From NCBI GenBank assembly GCA_020891255.1, contig BQFW01000010.1, positions 372,001 to 436,000 of the forward strand: a stretch of 64,000 bases of DNA, given 5' to 3'. Position 1 is the stretch's first letter. Every line of letters begins with the position of its first letter. The position numbers and the translations under genes were made by a program. The notes below the pieces were generated by a model. That model made no database searches and was not told the origin of the DNA. It worked only from the letters and a program-made list of their open reading frames with translations. The DNA is from Entomortierella parvispora E1425 (taxonomy: Eukaryota > Fungi > Mortierellomycota). Below are positions 24,289 through 37,300 of the stretch, piece by piece.

Positions 24289-27200
24289 ATGTTAGGGAGA
24301 ACTACCAGCACAACCAACAAACCCACAGGAGCAACAGGGACCGGCGTGGGCTCTACCACTGGAACATCCTCCTCCACCACCGGAGGATTCCAACGCAATA
24401 CTGTCAGTAAACTCACTACTGGCTTCAACACTGCCAACTGGACTTTTGCCCGGAATGCACCTTCGTCCAACAGTCCTTCTTCACCTTCGCCCATCAACTC
24501 TTTCCGGAGCGGCAGCTTTGGGAGTTCGAGCAGCACCAGCAGCAACAGCAGCGGCAGCAGCACGGGCTCTCCAACCTCAGCTATGGCCCAAGCGCGCGCT
24601 GCTTTGCTTCAGAAATCCCAACAAGGAGCAGGTGCCGCTGGTGGTGCATCCCCTGTCTCCTCCAATTCCTCGCCTTTGCATTCGCCCACTCCCGACAGAA
24701 TAACGCCTACAGGCCATAGGTTCAATCTGAGAGACACGTCCTCCGTTCATAATACGAGTGGTAGTCACTCTTCCTCCTCCACCACCACAACTCCTTCGTA
24801 TGTTAGACCTTCGGCAACTAAAGAAGGAGGAGGTTCTGCTGTGAGCAATTCACCCTTTGCCACCAGGAATCAAATTCAGACCCATACCTTGAGGCAGACT
24901 GCCAATCAATCCAGCGCCACCACCTCTCCTACGCGATCAAGATTCTCGCGTCCGGGCTCAATCTCTTCTGCATCAGGCGTGGCAGCCGCTCCACCAGCAG
25001 CAGCAGCGGCCGCAACGGTTACACTCAAGCCCACTCCTGCGGCAGTAACAGCCTCTGCACCTGCACCTGCACCTGTATCTGCACCTGTGGTTACACCTGC
25101 TGCTGTTATTGCATCGGTTGCTGCAGACGAGGTCGTTCCATCACCTTTGATCGCAGCAGCATCTGACTCTGTGCCCGCTCCCACCCCTGTGCTCGAGCCT
25201 AAAGTGGAATCGATGCTTGCGGCTGTCGAGCCTGCAGATCCTATCCCTGCACAAGCAATAGAGGATAAGGAGACGGTCGCCGCAGAGGTGATTGTTGCTA
25301 GAGAGGAGACAGTTCTCGTTGCTAGAGAGAATACAGTCCTTGTTGAGACCAAGGTCGAGACTTCGGTTCAGATCGAGGCTTCTGGCCAGGAGCCGTCTGC
25401 GCCTGAAGCTTCTGCCGCCACCCAGGAAAAAGAACAAGAGGCAAAACCACAGCTAGTGGAGACCAACACTGTTCAGGCTCCTGTTTCAGCTGACATGATT
25501 GAGAATCTGGTTGTCGAAAAGAAGGAGGAGGAGGTCTTGGTGGCATCCACCAAGACCACTCCAATTGAAGAAATCGTCTCTACTGTCGATATTTCAGTTG
25601 CAGTTGTCGATAAGGAGGAAGAGCCGAGCAAAGCCCTAGAGGAGGAGAAGGAGAAAGACGGGGAGAAGGAAGAAAGGGCCATTGTTCCTGATTTTGATGC
25701 CAAGGAGGAAGAGGTTGTGCCAATCGTTGCCTCGGTACAAGAACACGAGGAGAAACAAGAGGAAGAGACGGTCGCGGTGGTGGATGAGCTCCCTGCTGAA
25801 ATCGAGGACAAGGGGGTTGTCCCCACCGTTGCGGATGAGATCAAGAAAGCGGAGGATGCAACTGTTGTGGCCGCTGTAGAGGAAAAGGAGGTGGGGGAGG
25901 GCCCTGCAATTGAGGAGGAAGAGCAGGTTACCACCATCTCCAACGTCGAGCAAATTGAGGTCCAGGCCCAAGAAGATGCTTCTCTGCTGGCTCAAGTGGA
26001 GGAGGAAGAGGCAAAGGCGGCCACTATCTTAACAGAGGATGAGAGCCCTGTTGCCGAAGACACCACCGACGCTCAAGAAGAGCCTGCTTTGGCCCCAGAG
26101 ACCGCCCATACTCCCGAAGAAAGAGAAAAGGAGGAAGAGAACGTGATAATGAATTCAATTCAAGTGTCGACCACTGTAGCAAACTTGGCTATCGCTGAGG
26201 TGCAACCTGTACCTGTGGAAGAGATCGTTCTTGCCAAAGAAGAGGAAATTGAGGTAGCCGCTACTATGGAGGAGCAAGAGCTGGCTTCTACTACCATTGA
26301 CATGATGTCTGCAGAAGAGTCCAAGGAGGAGCCAAACTTGGAGTCTGAGCAGCAGTTCGAGCAACTTCGGGAGCAGCCACAGGAAGAAGAACAACAAGAG
26401 GAAGAGGCCGCAGAGAACCAAGACGTCTCTCCAGTCACTTTTGATGAGATGCACCAGAGCCCGCCTTCCCCTGCCCGAATGACTCGAGAGGCCGCTACAG
26501 CTGCTTTTGAGGCTGCAGTCGAAATCCCAATCGTGTCCAAGACCAAGGAGGAGATGCTCCAGTCTGCACCCGAGGAACCAGTCATGCTCTCGCCCAGTGG
26601 AAGCACTCGCAGCAGTATCAGCTCCAGCTTCAGCAGCTTTAGTGTCAATGGCGTGACTGAACCCTCATCGCCCATAGAGGATTCCCAGAACGGTCGTAAG
26701 GCTGGTGTTATCTCGCAGAAGGTAAACAAAAGAGATAAGGCAAAGGGGTGGATTGATCAGGGGAGGGGTTCCCCTGAGAGAGACGTTTTTCTTTGTTTTT
26801 TTGTTTTTTGTTCCTGACGCACGGCCCTTGTTCATTTTTAGTTTCACTGGAAGCATGGCGGTGAGACCGTCAAGGTTACTGGAACGTTCGACAACTGGCA
26901 AGGTAACAGACAACAGATCTTACTTGGTGTAGGTACCATCATTGCCGTCTTTGATATGACCGTACTAAACTTTGCTTTGTCTGAATACAGAAACTGTCTA
27001 TCTCAAGAAGGTCCCTGGAACCAGAGACGAGTTCGCTGCCATCGTCGATTTGGACAGAACCGCCTACATCGTACGTTTTTTTCTCTCTTTTTGTTGATCT
27101 TTTGTGGGCGAGTACAATGTTTAATCATCTCTCTATCCTCTCTTGTTTCCTCGCTCTATCACCCATAGCAATTCAAATTTGTTGTCGATGGAGTGTGGCG

Positions 27201-27324
27201 GTGCTCGACCGAGTTTGCAACCGAGTACGATTACAGCGGCCACTTGAACAATGTTCTGCACCCCATCTCTCTTGAACAACAACAGCAGTTGCGCCATCAG
27301 CACCACCATCATCGACAGTACTAG
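24289..27324 (+). CDS. Low-complexity S/T- then E/A/V-rich protein with C-terminal CBM48 (AMPK-beta-type glycogen-binding) domain
   Basis: Spliced 3' exons give WKHGGETVKVTGTFDNWQ...QFKFVVDGVWRC...SGHLNNVL, the AMPK1_CBM signature. Stop at 27322-27324. Confidence 0.8.
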
Positions 27325-27726
27325 ATTTCCTCTGGCTTTCATCCTTCACCTCTACCTGACGATAATGGACGGAATAATACCCCGTCCGCGAATAACTCAC
27401 CAAAACAAGACATTAACCAAACAACATCATAATACTCGCCCTAATAGCGATAAAGTGGCACCTTGCATTTCCTTCATTGATAAAACGATAAAACTAAAAA
27501 TTATTAAAATGACAGGTCAGGTGATTCTTTTAAGGGTATATAGCGCGCGCACGTGATGTTATTAAGGGTGTACCATGTCTGCCTATATATTTGAGAACCC
27601 GACAGTCTAGACATCATGCAGGCAGGTCAACCTGGGCATTCGAGAAACTGAGAAACAAAGGGACTCTCCCGGTAACGATAAATATCAGGAAACAATGCCT
27701 TTTTCTTTGTACCAACCTTTACACCA

Positions 27727-28963
27727 ATGACCAACACAACTCCAACCCCCAGAAAGAAACGAAACGTCAATCGCCTCACCATCTTCCAGCAAGGTGTTTT
27801 GGTCGCCTTCGTTGAGGATCCAGATAACTACGCACTACTCTACAACCATCGCGATACAAAAGGCATCTCCAATGATCAAGCTTTCGATGCCATGGCCAAG
27901 TTCTTTGTCCGGGAGTTATCCAAGAATCCTCGCGAGATCGGCAATGTCGATTTATCCAAGGTTGATTCGGCATTTGCTGCCATGAAATGGAAGCAGATTA
28001 TGGCCTCTTACTCAAACAAGATTTCCTGCAAAACCGGCAATGGTCTCCACGGCGGCACTGCGACACTCAAGCCAAGCCCGTTTAAAGATCGGTTAGATGC
28101 CTTCGCTAATAACCCCAAGTATGACTCTCTTGAAACCCGTGATGTTGGTATGCCAGGCAAGAAGAGGTATGTAACTGAAGGCAATCAAGGCGATGACACG
28201 ACTCTCTTTTTCTGATTTTTTTTATTTTTTTTTTTATTTATTTTGCAGGGCTTTGAATGTTACGGCCCGTCCTGCTCGCCGCGCCTCCAAGACTCTTTCT
28301 GCGCGCGGCGTCCCTGAAGCAATTCCGGTGACATTCCCCAAGATTCCTGTCCGAAAGCCTGCCCTCCCCGAGCACCTCATCCATGACATGCACGATCTTT
28401 GTGATGAATATGAATCGGAAGAGGACGAAGCTGATAGTGACGACGGTGCCGCTGAATCTGTCACTCAAAGGGTGAACCATTCGTCACACAGGATGGATGA
28501 TAGAGACCCTGTTGTCCTGGAGGGCGAGCCATTGCCCTCCTACTCGCAGTCGGCTTTGCAATCTGATCCACCTGGTGTTATTCCTCGGCGAGGTCAAACC
28601 GCTGAGTCCATTCGTGATGCTGAGATGAAAACGGCAACCGTCAAGTCTATGAGGTCACAGGTGTCTGTTGAACAATCTGCCAAGGCCCTTCTCGAGGAAC
28701 GGCAGAAGAGAGAAGCAAGATATCTAGAGCATGAGGAGAAGAAAGCGATGTTGATGAAAGAAAAAATGCAGCAAAAGTTGGACTTGGAACGCGAACGATT
28801 ACGAGTTGAACGAGAAAAAATTGACCTTGGCCACGCTCAACTCAAACAGGCGGAGAGAAGACTTGAACTCGAGTTTGAACTTCGAAAACAAGAGGCCTCC
28901 AACGCAAGTGCCAATACAAATGCGCTCCTCAGCACCCTCGCAGAACTTGTCAAAAAGAAATAA
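27727..28963 (+). CDS. Probable PIF/Harbinger partner protein (Myb/SANT-like N-terminus, coiled-coil C-terminus), one intron ~28168-28249
   Basis: The splice joins ORFs 27727 and 28193 in frame. It has a KWKQIMASY...KTGNG segment and an E/K/R-rich coiled coil, and lies convergent with a Harbinger transposase. Confidence 0.6.
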
Positions 28964-29395
28964 AGAAAGCGCACCACCTGTCTCAATTTTCTTCCCCCCC
29001 ATTCTTCTTCCTCTCTTCCTCTCTTCCTCTCCTCTCTCTCTTTTTCCTTTTCGCTCTTCTCTCGTCTGTCTTGTCCATTCTTTTCCCGTCCTATTTTCTT
29101 CATCACCAATCTCCGACTTCACACCCACAACTCCTTCCTAATTCATTGTATACCACCTGACAATCCAATGCACAACACAGCAGCAGCGGCCAAAGAGCAT
29201 TGGAAGGGTTTGCATGCTAAGAGCAAGATGATGCCACAGCCTGTAGAGTCAAACCCTTCGATCACAGGATCAGTAAGTGCATGCAGGCTGCTCCCTAGCC
29301 TAATCTCCAACTCATTAACAAGAAAGGATGCGACCCTTTGTTAGGACCTAGATGTCGACAACAACCCCAACTCTTCCGACGACGAGATTTCCCCA

Positions 29396-29953
29396 ATGGA
29401 ACTACCAGAATGCATCGAGTTTATGGTCAGGGACTGTGTGCCTGTCGACCACACCGACATATATGATCTAGCACACACTTTTGTTGGCGCAAGCCGAGAG
29501 CTGGTTCGAGTAGGGAAACGAAAGAGTGACGACTTGGACACCATAGAAACAGACTCACAACCCAGAGGCAAGAGGCCGCTCTGGAGGAGAGTCATAGATC
29601 CGGCTGTGCTTGATCGAGCCGAGAGGGTCATTAGAGAGGCGCGGATGCTTACCGAGGCTCGCAATGAGCAAATTCGGCTTTTAACAATGCAGGACATTGT
29701 CGAGGAACATAGGGCGAGACGGGTAGAGCCTTCGTCGGCAACACATGAGAGGATAGCACCACGGGAATACAATGCCCAGACATGCAGGCGGCAACCAAAG
29801 GCTCAACACCCTCAACCTCGGGAAAAACAAGAAAGGCTACCTGCCGTCCCCCGGAGATCACCACGTAAATCATTACAGCAACAGCAATCACACCACCAAC
29901 TGCCTCCAACACGGAGCCCGCGGCGATCTCGTCGCCTAGCTTCACAGAAATAA
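29396..29953 (+). CDS. Hypothetical ORF between the Harbinger partner and the transposase
   Basis: 185-aa ORF with a basic low-complexity tail; no motif recognised. Confidence 0.35.
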   Translation: MELPECIEFMVRDCVPVDHTDIYDLAHTFVGASRELVRVGKRKSDDLDTIETDSQPRGKRPLWRRVIDPAVLDRAERVIREARMLTEARNEQIRLLTMQDIVEEHRARRVEPSSATHERIAPREYNAQTCRRQPKAQHPQPREKQERLPAVPRRSPRKSLQQQQSHHQLPPTRSPRRSRRLASQK

Positions 29954-30029
29954 AGACATGTCCACCAAATTGAGGGTTCGTCACCTTCCATCTTTATGAG
30001 AACGTGCTCCGGAACGCACCACTGGATTT

Positions 30030-31397
30030 CTAGTGGTTGTTTTGGTTGAGGAAACCGCCGCGAGCGCGTGCGACTTCGAGAGCGCCTTGCTGCACATAGT
30101 TCCTGAATGCCTCTCCTATCGCGAGTTCCTCCGCCGTTGGTTGCATATCCATGTCTACTGCACCTCCAGCTGGACGAGTACCACGATGGGGTGTACAGAT
30201 GCCCTCGTGCAGAATCTCCCTTTCTCCAACCAGAAAGTTATGCAGAATAGCACAAACGGTAATCCAGTCAAGTGCTCGACGAATATCAGCAGCTTCGGAG
30301 CGAGCATGAATGCGAACTGGAAGTTGTTTCAATGAGCGCCATCGACCCTTTAACATTCCAATGCAATGCTCGTTGCATGCTCTCAGATTTGCTACGCATC
30401 GGTTGAAATCGCGGCCATCTGGGGTCAGCCCTGCTTGGCCTTTGATAACAGGGACGGTGACAGTGGAGATAGGATATGCAGAATCGGCCAGCAAATACTG
30501 GCCTTCATCAAAGAAAAGATGCTGCTGTGTCCATAGTCCTGACTTACAGAAGACAAAGTAGTCGTGGCAGCGTCCTACGCAGTTCAGATAAGTCAGCGTC
30601 TTCTCATGAAAGCGCTCGTCACAAGAGGAAGCGGTATACTTACCAGAGTATCCGAGGTAGAGAAAGGTAATGCGCTTGTCAATATCACAAACGACCTGAA
30701 CGTTCAACGAGTACTTCCCGTGCCGGTCATAATAAAAATCTCCTTGGGCCTCTGGGCGTTGTTCAAATGGAACTGTGGTTCCATCTACAAATCCCACACA
30801 TCCTACAAATCCCTTGCCAGCAATCTTTGCACAAGTTGCGTGCTCCTGACGCTCCTCAGCTATAGGCCACGAAAGATACTCGTCTTGAAGGGAAAGCAAA
30901 GCCTTTGTGGCTCGAGCTGTGTAGTTGTACATTGAGCCTTCGCCCCGGTGCCAAGTCTCTGCCAACCTTGTCGAAGCCATGCCATTTCCGTCATGACCCA
31001 AACGATCCAGCAAGATTGCAATTTGAACTGCTGCCTCTTCTTGCTGCTTGTATCCTCGGCTCTCAAACACTTCGTCCGTGTAGAGTCTCCAGGTTAGCTT
31101 CAAAAAGCTTTTTCGAGTCATACGAAGGAACGTGCGGCATTTCACGTCTGAAAACCCATCCAATCGATCAAGAACGTTGTGAACTCGACTGTTTTTTGCG
31201 TATGTAACGGGGCGGGAGATATACCGACAAGCATTGGCTTCCAGCAGTTCCTGGAACAGGTCTTCAATTGGGTCGCTTTCCTCGAAAGGGTTGTTGCTCT
31301 TCTCCAGGATCTCGAGTCCATCGCCAACCATAGACTGAGCCTCGAGCAGTGCCCTGAGTCGGGCCCTCCATTGCAGCTTGTAGAATTGCCTCGACAT
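30030..31397 (-). mobile_element. PIF/Harbinger DDE transposase (DDE_Tnp_4-like), ~432 aa after removing a 69-nt in-frame intron (30575-30643)
   Basis: Motifs GFVDGT, GRCHD, YLLADSAY and NEHCIGMLKGRW; upstream HTH region FLRMTRKSF. GTAAGT donor and TAG acceptor identified. Confidence 0.9.
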
Positions 31398-32053
31398 GGT
31401 GGTGTGATGGATGGCCTGTACCTGAAAACCTCTCTCGAGAGAAGAGTTGTGTTTGAACAGAAAGCGGAAGGAAGAGTGTTTGGTTGTTGAGGCTCAACTA
31501 TCTAGAAATTCCTTCAGATGCCATGCATGCCACCATGGGTCAAGGTCACATGACTGAACGGATTGGTGGCACCCTCTTCAAAGTTACCCTTCATAAAAGA
31601 CAATGGTAAATTACCATTTTAAAATTTTTACTGAAATTTATCCCGAGGGAAATGAGTGGTGCCAGTAGTATTGTGCTTTGCACCTAAAAAAAAATAAACT
31701 TGCAGATATCATGATGATAAAATATATATCAATGAACAGTCACTCCGGTTAACTTAGAAATTTGGTGGGCTAAATGCACGTGACAAGACGGGCACGTGAA
31801 CATGGACGCAGGATAAATAAAATATCAGAAAGCGTAGGGGTGCATTTTGGAACCGTACTGACAAGGAGTTTCTGCGTGTAGTTCGAAAAAGCATGGGTAT
31901 GTTCGTATTTTAACTGGCATCCGTTTATTTGTAGTATAATTGCGAACTTTTTACGCATTCAGAAAGGGTAAAAAGATGAGAAACAGCTATTCGGACTGCA
32001 GTATTTAAACTGCAACGTGCGTGTTGCTTCTCAAACATCACCCCCACATCCCA

Positions 32054-33138
32054 ATGACCTTTTCAGACGATATTCGCTGGTGCGCCATTAAGCTCTACAA
32101 TATAATGGGCCTGCCCAGGTCTGCTGTGGCAGTGTTGCTAGGCATTTCGCAACACACGATCACGAAATGGTATCGTAAGTCAGCATTGTTGAGTCGCGTC
32201 GCCTTCGCGTTTTTTTTTCTTATTCTTTTTTTTTTTTTTTTTTTTTTTTTTTGGGGACATGGACAGGACATTTCAACAACACAGGGAACGTTCACATTGA
32301 ACATACGCGCAAAAGCTCTTCTCGATGGCCACCAGATGTGTTGACTTTCGTCGAGTCATATACCAAAAACCATCCTTGCTTCTTCCTTGAGGAGCTGCAA
32401 GAGGAACTTTGGCGTGAATTTCCAGATCTGCAGAGTACATCCGTCTCCACAATTTGCCGTGCTTTACGAAATGATCTGAATCTCACAAGAAAAAAGTTGC
32501 AGAAGCGAGCACGCGAGTCAAATCCACAGGAAATCGAGTGGTTTCGACAAAACATGAAGGAACTGTACCTCTTTCCAGAGCAGCTTGTGTTTATTGATGA
32601 GACGAGCAAGGACGGACGAGCGGCTTTGAGATCGTACGCCTATTCCACAGTCAATACGGCAGCTATTGTAAACGTTCCTTTCTCACGGGGGGTTCCTGTC
32701 TCTGCACTGGCTGCTTTTAACTACGGAGGTTTTCTTGCCTGGGAATTCACTACCGGAACATTCACACGGGAATCGTTTCATGATGCATTTGTCGACAAGA
32801 TTCTACCCCACCTTCAACCTTACCCTCTACCAGTCATAGACAATGCTCGCATTCATATGTATAGCGAATTCCGGGAAGCAATCGAGAGTAGGGGGGCATT
32901 TCTCGTTTTTCTTCCTCCCTATTCTCCCCAACTGAACCCAATTGAGGTTGATTTCTCTCTAACCAAACGCTTCATTGAAAAGAATGCAAATCTTGTTTAT
33001 GCCAAGGCACCGGAAATCGTTCTAGACCTTGCATTCAAGGCATGTGCAAAAACATGGCCTATAACCATCAATTTGTTTTCGCACTGTGGCTATGACGCCG
33101 ATGGACTGAAGGAGAATTTCGGTAGATTGGAGCATTGA
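32054..33138 (+). mobile_element. IS630/Tc1-mariner superfamily DD34E transposase, 330 aa, intron 32175-32266
   Basis: N-terminal HTH; FIDETS, IDNARIH and LPPYSPQLNPIE motifs; 34 residues between the second D and E. Confidence 0.92.
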
Positions 33139-33170
33139 CTTTATTTACACTTGATCCAGCCATAAACGTG

Positions 33171-34300
33171 TCAATCAGAATCTGCGTGATCAAGATCTTC
33201 CATATTCTCCCGCGGGCGAGGGAGAGCAGCCTGTTGTAGATGGACAGGGCCATTCAAGCCATGCTGTGGGAGGTTAAGAGCCGTCCGTAGGCTCTCCATA
33301 TCCACAAGAAGAGAAACTATTGCGTCACCAAGCTTTAATCGAATCCGTTTGAATTGTGCTCCATCAGCTTCTCGAGTTCGTCGCCGTCTATCTTCCTGTG
33401 CTATTTGTGAATCTAAGTGCTGTGCTTGAACGAAAGTGGCGGTTGTTGGCATCTCTAGGCTCCTCTGGATCAGGCAATCGAGCATCTTGAGCAAGTCTCT
33501 GTGTAAACAAAAATCTTTGTAATTGGTCCTGGAGGTTGTATCTGTCCATCCTCGACTGCCTGTTGAATCCTCTGAACCGCCGCCGCTTTCCGTGATGCTG
33601 TTGCTCGCTGGATTGTCGATCCTGAGCCACCGCTGTTTCCTGAGGCATGAGTTTCGGGGTAGGTCAAATAAGCGAACAGATGGAAAACAATCTGCCCTGG
33701 ATCTACTCCACGCTTCCGCTCCATGCGCTATGCTCTTTCAATAGCTTCTTCATAGGTGTTCTCCTCCAAGATCTGGAAGAGCTTTGCTGAGGAGTGTTTG
33801 GATGGTTTGACATATGGACTGGCATCAGTTGGCCAGCGCATACCAGGTAGACGAGTCGGAATGGACCCTCGAATGCGCGCACAAATTTGATGGTAGGAAT
33901 CTCTCTTCCATTTGTGCTGCCATGGTGGCGGGTCAGGTAAATCACCGATGATTTTCCGATTGTGAGCAGCAAGAGCGGGTAGCTTCCGTAGATTCAATTG
34001 AATGGTGAGGTTCTCTGGAAGACCATCATCATCTGATTCGATATCACCTGTAGGGGATCGGGAGGATTTTTTTTTTTTTATGTGGGGATCGGGAGGAAGA
34101 GTGCCGAGGGAAGGGGTATAGAGTCGAACATCGTTCAGATCACGTGTGTTGGAAGGTTTGGATGCGAGACTAGCCTGCAGACGCGTCGCTCGCTCTTTGC
34201 TTTTCCCTGCTCCTCCGCCATTGCCCTTTCCCTTGTCTCTACCGCCTCTCCAATCACCAAAAGAACTCGTCTTGTCTTCATTCCCTACTGCCAGCGTCAT
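33171..34300 (-). pseudogene. Accessory ORF of unknown function with in-frame TAG at 33728-33730
   Basis: ORF 33728-34300 continues in frame after TAG into RMERKRGVDPGQIVFHLFAYL (ORF 33470-33724). ORF 33171-33494 may be a further segment. Confidence 0.5.
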
Positions 34301-37300
34301 GGATTACACCGATGCTGATGTCCTGGAAGACATCAATGAGACTCTTACCATCAACATGGAGATTCAGGACATTGACTTTGGACGCGACATCACGGTATCC
34401 ACAGAGGTATGACTTTGAATTCCAGTTTGCAATGGCGTTGATGCTGTTGGTATGGTTTCCATACCCTTACTCTTATTTATGCTCTTTCTTCCGATAGTTT
34501 TCTGTTTCATTCATCGATGATGATGAGTTTCTTGCTGAGGCAAACGCACGACTTTTAGCTGAACAGGATGACGAGCTTCAGCTACGCGTTGACTACATGA
34601 TACAGGGTGCGGACGATGGACTGCCGCTTAACCAAAATGCCCGACAGACTTTGGATGTTCTCCACCATCGATACGGTCTGGTCGTAAGTACATGCTCGAG
34701 CTCCCTTTCTGCACTTGTTGCATCCGTCATGTCCCGAACATCGCTATCAGCCTTCCGAATTCAGACTCCCGGCGGCCCTGTCACTCTCCCTCCATCCCGA
34801 TTGCTGTTGAGAAGGATCTCTCAAGCTGCACAGATCAAAATTGTTGTTGTATCGACTCGCTGCAAGAAACTTGTGTTCGAGCCTCTTAGCGAGCCGAAAG
34901 CGCTGGTTGTCCTTGCCCACATCGCTGATTCGTTTCAGGGAGTCAATACCTACACCGCGTTGACTTGTTCAGTAACAAATCCCCATCGAGATTTCCGTAT
35001 GCCCTCCGTTCGACTTCCTCCTGTAATCCCGACAGCAGAAAGGGCCACATATCGAGAGGCAAAACGATCAATATCTCGAGAGATAATCGAGTTCAGCGTC
35101 TTGGAAGCCGAAGAGAGTTTTCTTTCCAGTTGGTACGTTTTCTGGTTTACCCAAAGCTATGGTAATAATTCTAGTATTAACCTTTGGACATATTATATAT
35201 AGTAAAACGACCTTGAAAAAAAAAGAGAATCAACTTCGCCGTGAACAAGGTCGCCAGCAAAACAAAGGGAAAGAAAAAAGGTCCTGTGGATATCCGTGCC
35301 GCCTTGGAGAAGGAATACGTCGACTTCATCGATGCCGAGTGTAAACTCCAGCGGCTACCAAGAGGGCTCATGCAGGACGCCATATCAACTCTGGAAACAT
35401 CCCTTGGAGTGGGAAAAGGTCGTATATCAAATCATGACTTTATGAATCGTATGAGCGTGGAACAGACACACACGGCATATCGCAACTTTGTGAAGGAAAA
35501 CGGCTGCCTGTTTTGGGATCAGTCAGTTGAGAATAAGGACAAGAAACTCGAGCTTGAACCTGTCTCTAGTCAGTCCCATGTCCAAGAGATTCCCTCTCAG
35601 GTCAATGATATATCCAAGACCCAAGAAATCAGGATGTGCGATGCTCCTTTGCACAGGATCCTCCGTAAAGACTTTTGTAAGGACAACATAACAAGGATCC
35701 AGGGAATCCTCGAGGAGAAACAAACGAGTATGTCAGACCACATGGATGAAATCCAAGTGGCAGTTTTGAAGGTGCACATGGAGGTAAGAAATACCTACTG
35801 TCGATGAGACAATCTACACATGCTTTTTGCTTCCAGCACTCACTGACATATCATCCACTACATGATAGGTGTTTCGTGGTTTGCTGCACGAGACAGCAGA
35901 AGAGGTCGACATTTCTGACATTCTTCCTACAGATTTTGAAATCCGCGACGCTCCGATCAAAAATGATCGTATCCTCAAAGTTGCGAAGGGCACCACGGTC
36001 TTTATCGAAGAGACTATCAAAACCGACTCTGATCTTCACAACCTATTCAATCAGAGTTGTCTAGAGCACCTAGCAGCAAAGCTCAGCCCTACTTCATCGA
36101 GCTCTGAGCCCCCGCCAAAGAAACCAAGACTCGCTGGCGACGGAGATGCAGACAGTCAAGGCGGGAGTGGATACGGAAAGCATCCAAAATGGGACAAGTT
36201 GGCTCACTGTATTCAACAGACTATGTATGCAACCGACAACATCAAGTGCCCTCAAGGAATGTCTCGAACCAGAAATGAGATGCTCCGTGCTATGGCTACC
36301 AACATCCACAACATCTGGAACGGATCAATATACAACGATCTGAAGAGAGCAGTCGTCCGCTGTCTTGTCCGGGTCTTTTTGCGACCTCTCAGTGAGGAGT
36401 GGTACCGGCACTTCAAGAAAAAAAAAGCCAAGGAGAGACGAGAAAGGATCGCTGCTAAGCAAGGCAAGGCGAGAAAACGACAAAAGCGATCCTGGCAGAG
36501 AACTACATCTCTTATCAATCAACTGGATAGTACCATCGGCACCTGCGACAGGCGATGGTCGGGAGCTACTCTCTTTCTCTCTGATCCACAGACTGGAGGT
36601 TGTCCACGTGTTACACGCGTCCAGACACTGATAGGACTGCTCGATCCGGCAAAGAACGTTGCACCCCTATTATCGCCCTTTGCAGCTGTAGATGATGAGT
36701 ACGAGGATGAGGCCTACATGGATATCGATGAGGATGATGACGATGATGCGGACATTTGGGAAGCAGATGACGCTGATGGCTTTGAAGAAGCAGTAGAGGC
36801 AGAAATGAGTATTGCGACACTGGGCCAGGCCATCGAGTCAACTGAAAAAGGTAACTTTAATGATTATACATATCGCTTCTATAAGAGATTAGAGAAAAAA
36901 TATTGACACAGATTTTTTTTGTCTATAGCGGCCGCTCGTAAAAAAGAACCCAAGTCAAAATACCTCAAAGGCATCGAGGCTTTAATTTGCAAACTCATCG
37001 ATATGGCTTCGTTGCCAGACCTTATCAGTGAAGCAGAGATTCGCAACCATTTGTTCTCTGGCCAAAGTTTCAAGGACAACGAAATTCAGGTGGCGGTTCA
37101 CATCGTCAATGCGTTGCGTCCGTTTGCCCCAAAGAAGGATGCCTCTGGATCCATTCCTCATCATGTTCTCGCTACTGGCCCTTTCGCCTATCTGGCAAAT
37201 CATCTCTTGATCGCCATGGGGTTCAGCGAATTTTCCAGACAGCTATCCCCTGTCTCGTCAGCCGGAAAGCTCCTCCCTCTGCCACTGAATTCCACTGGGA

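Noticed and set aside
27520-31600. Harbinger TIRs (TAAGGGTG.. at ~27563 vs ..GGCACCC/TTACCCT at ~31570-31590)
   Set aside because: Only 5-7 nt of complementarity and no matching TAA/TTA TSD.
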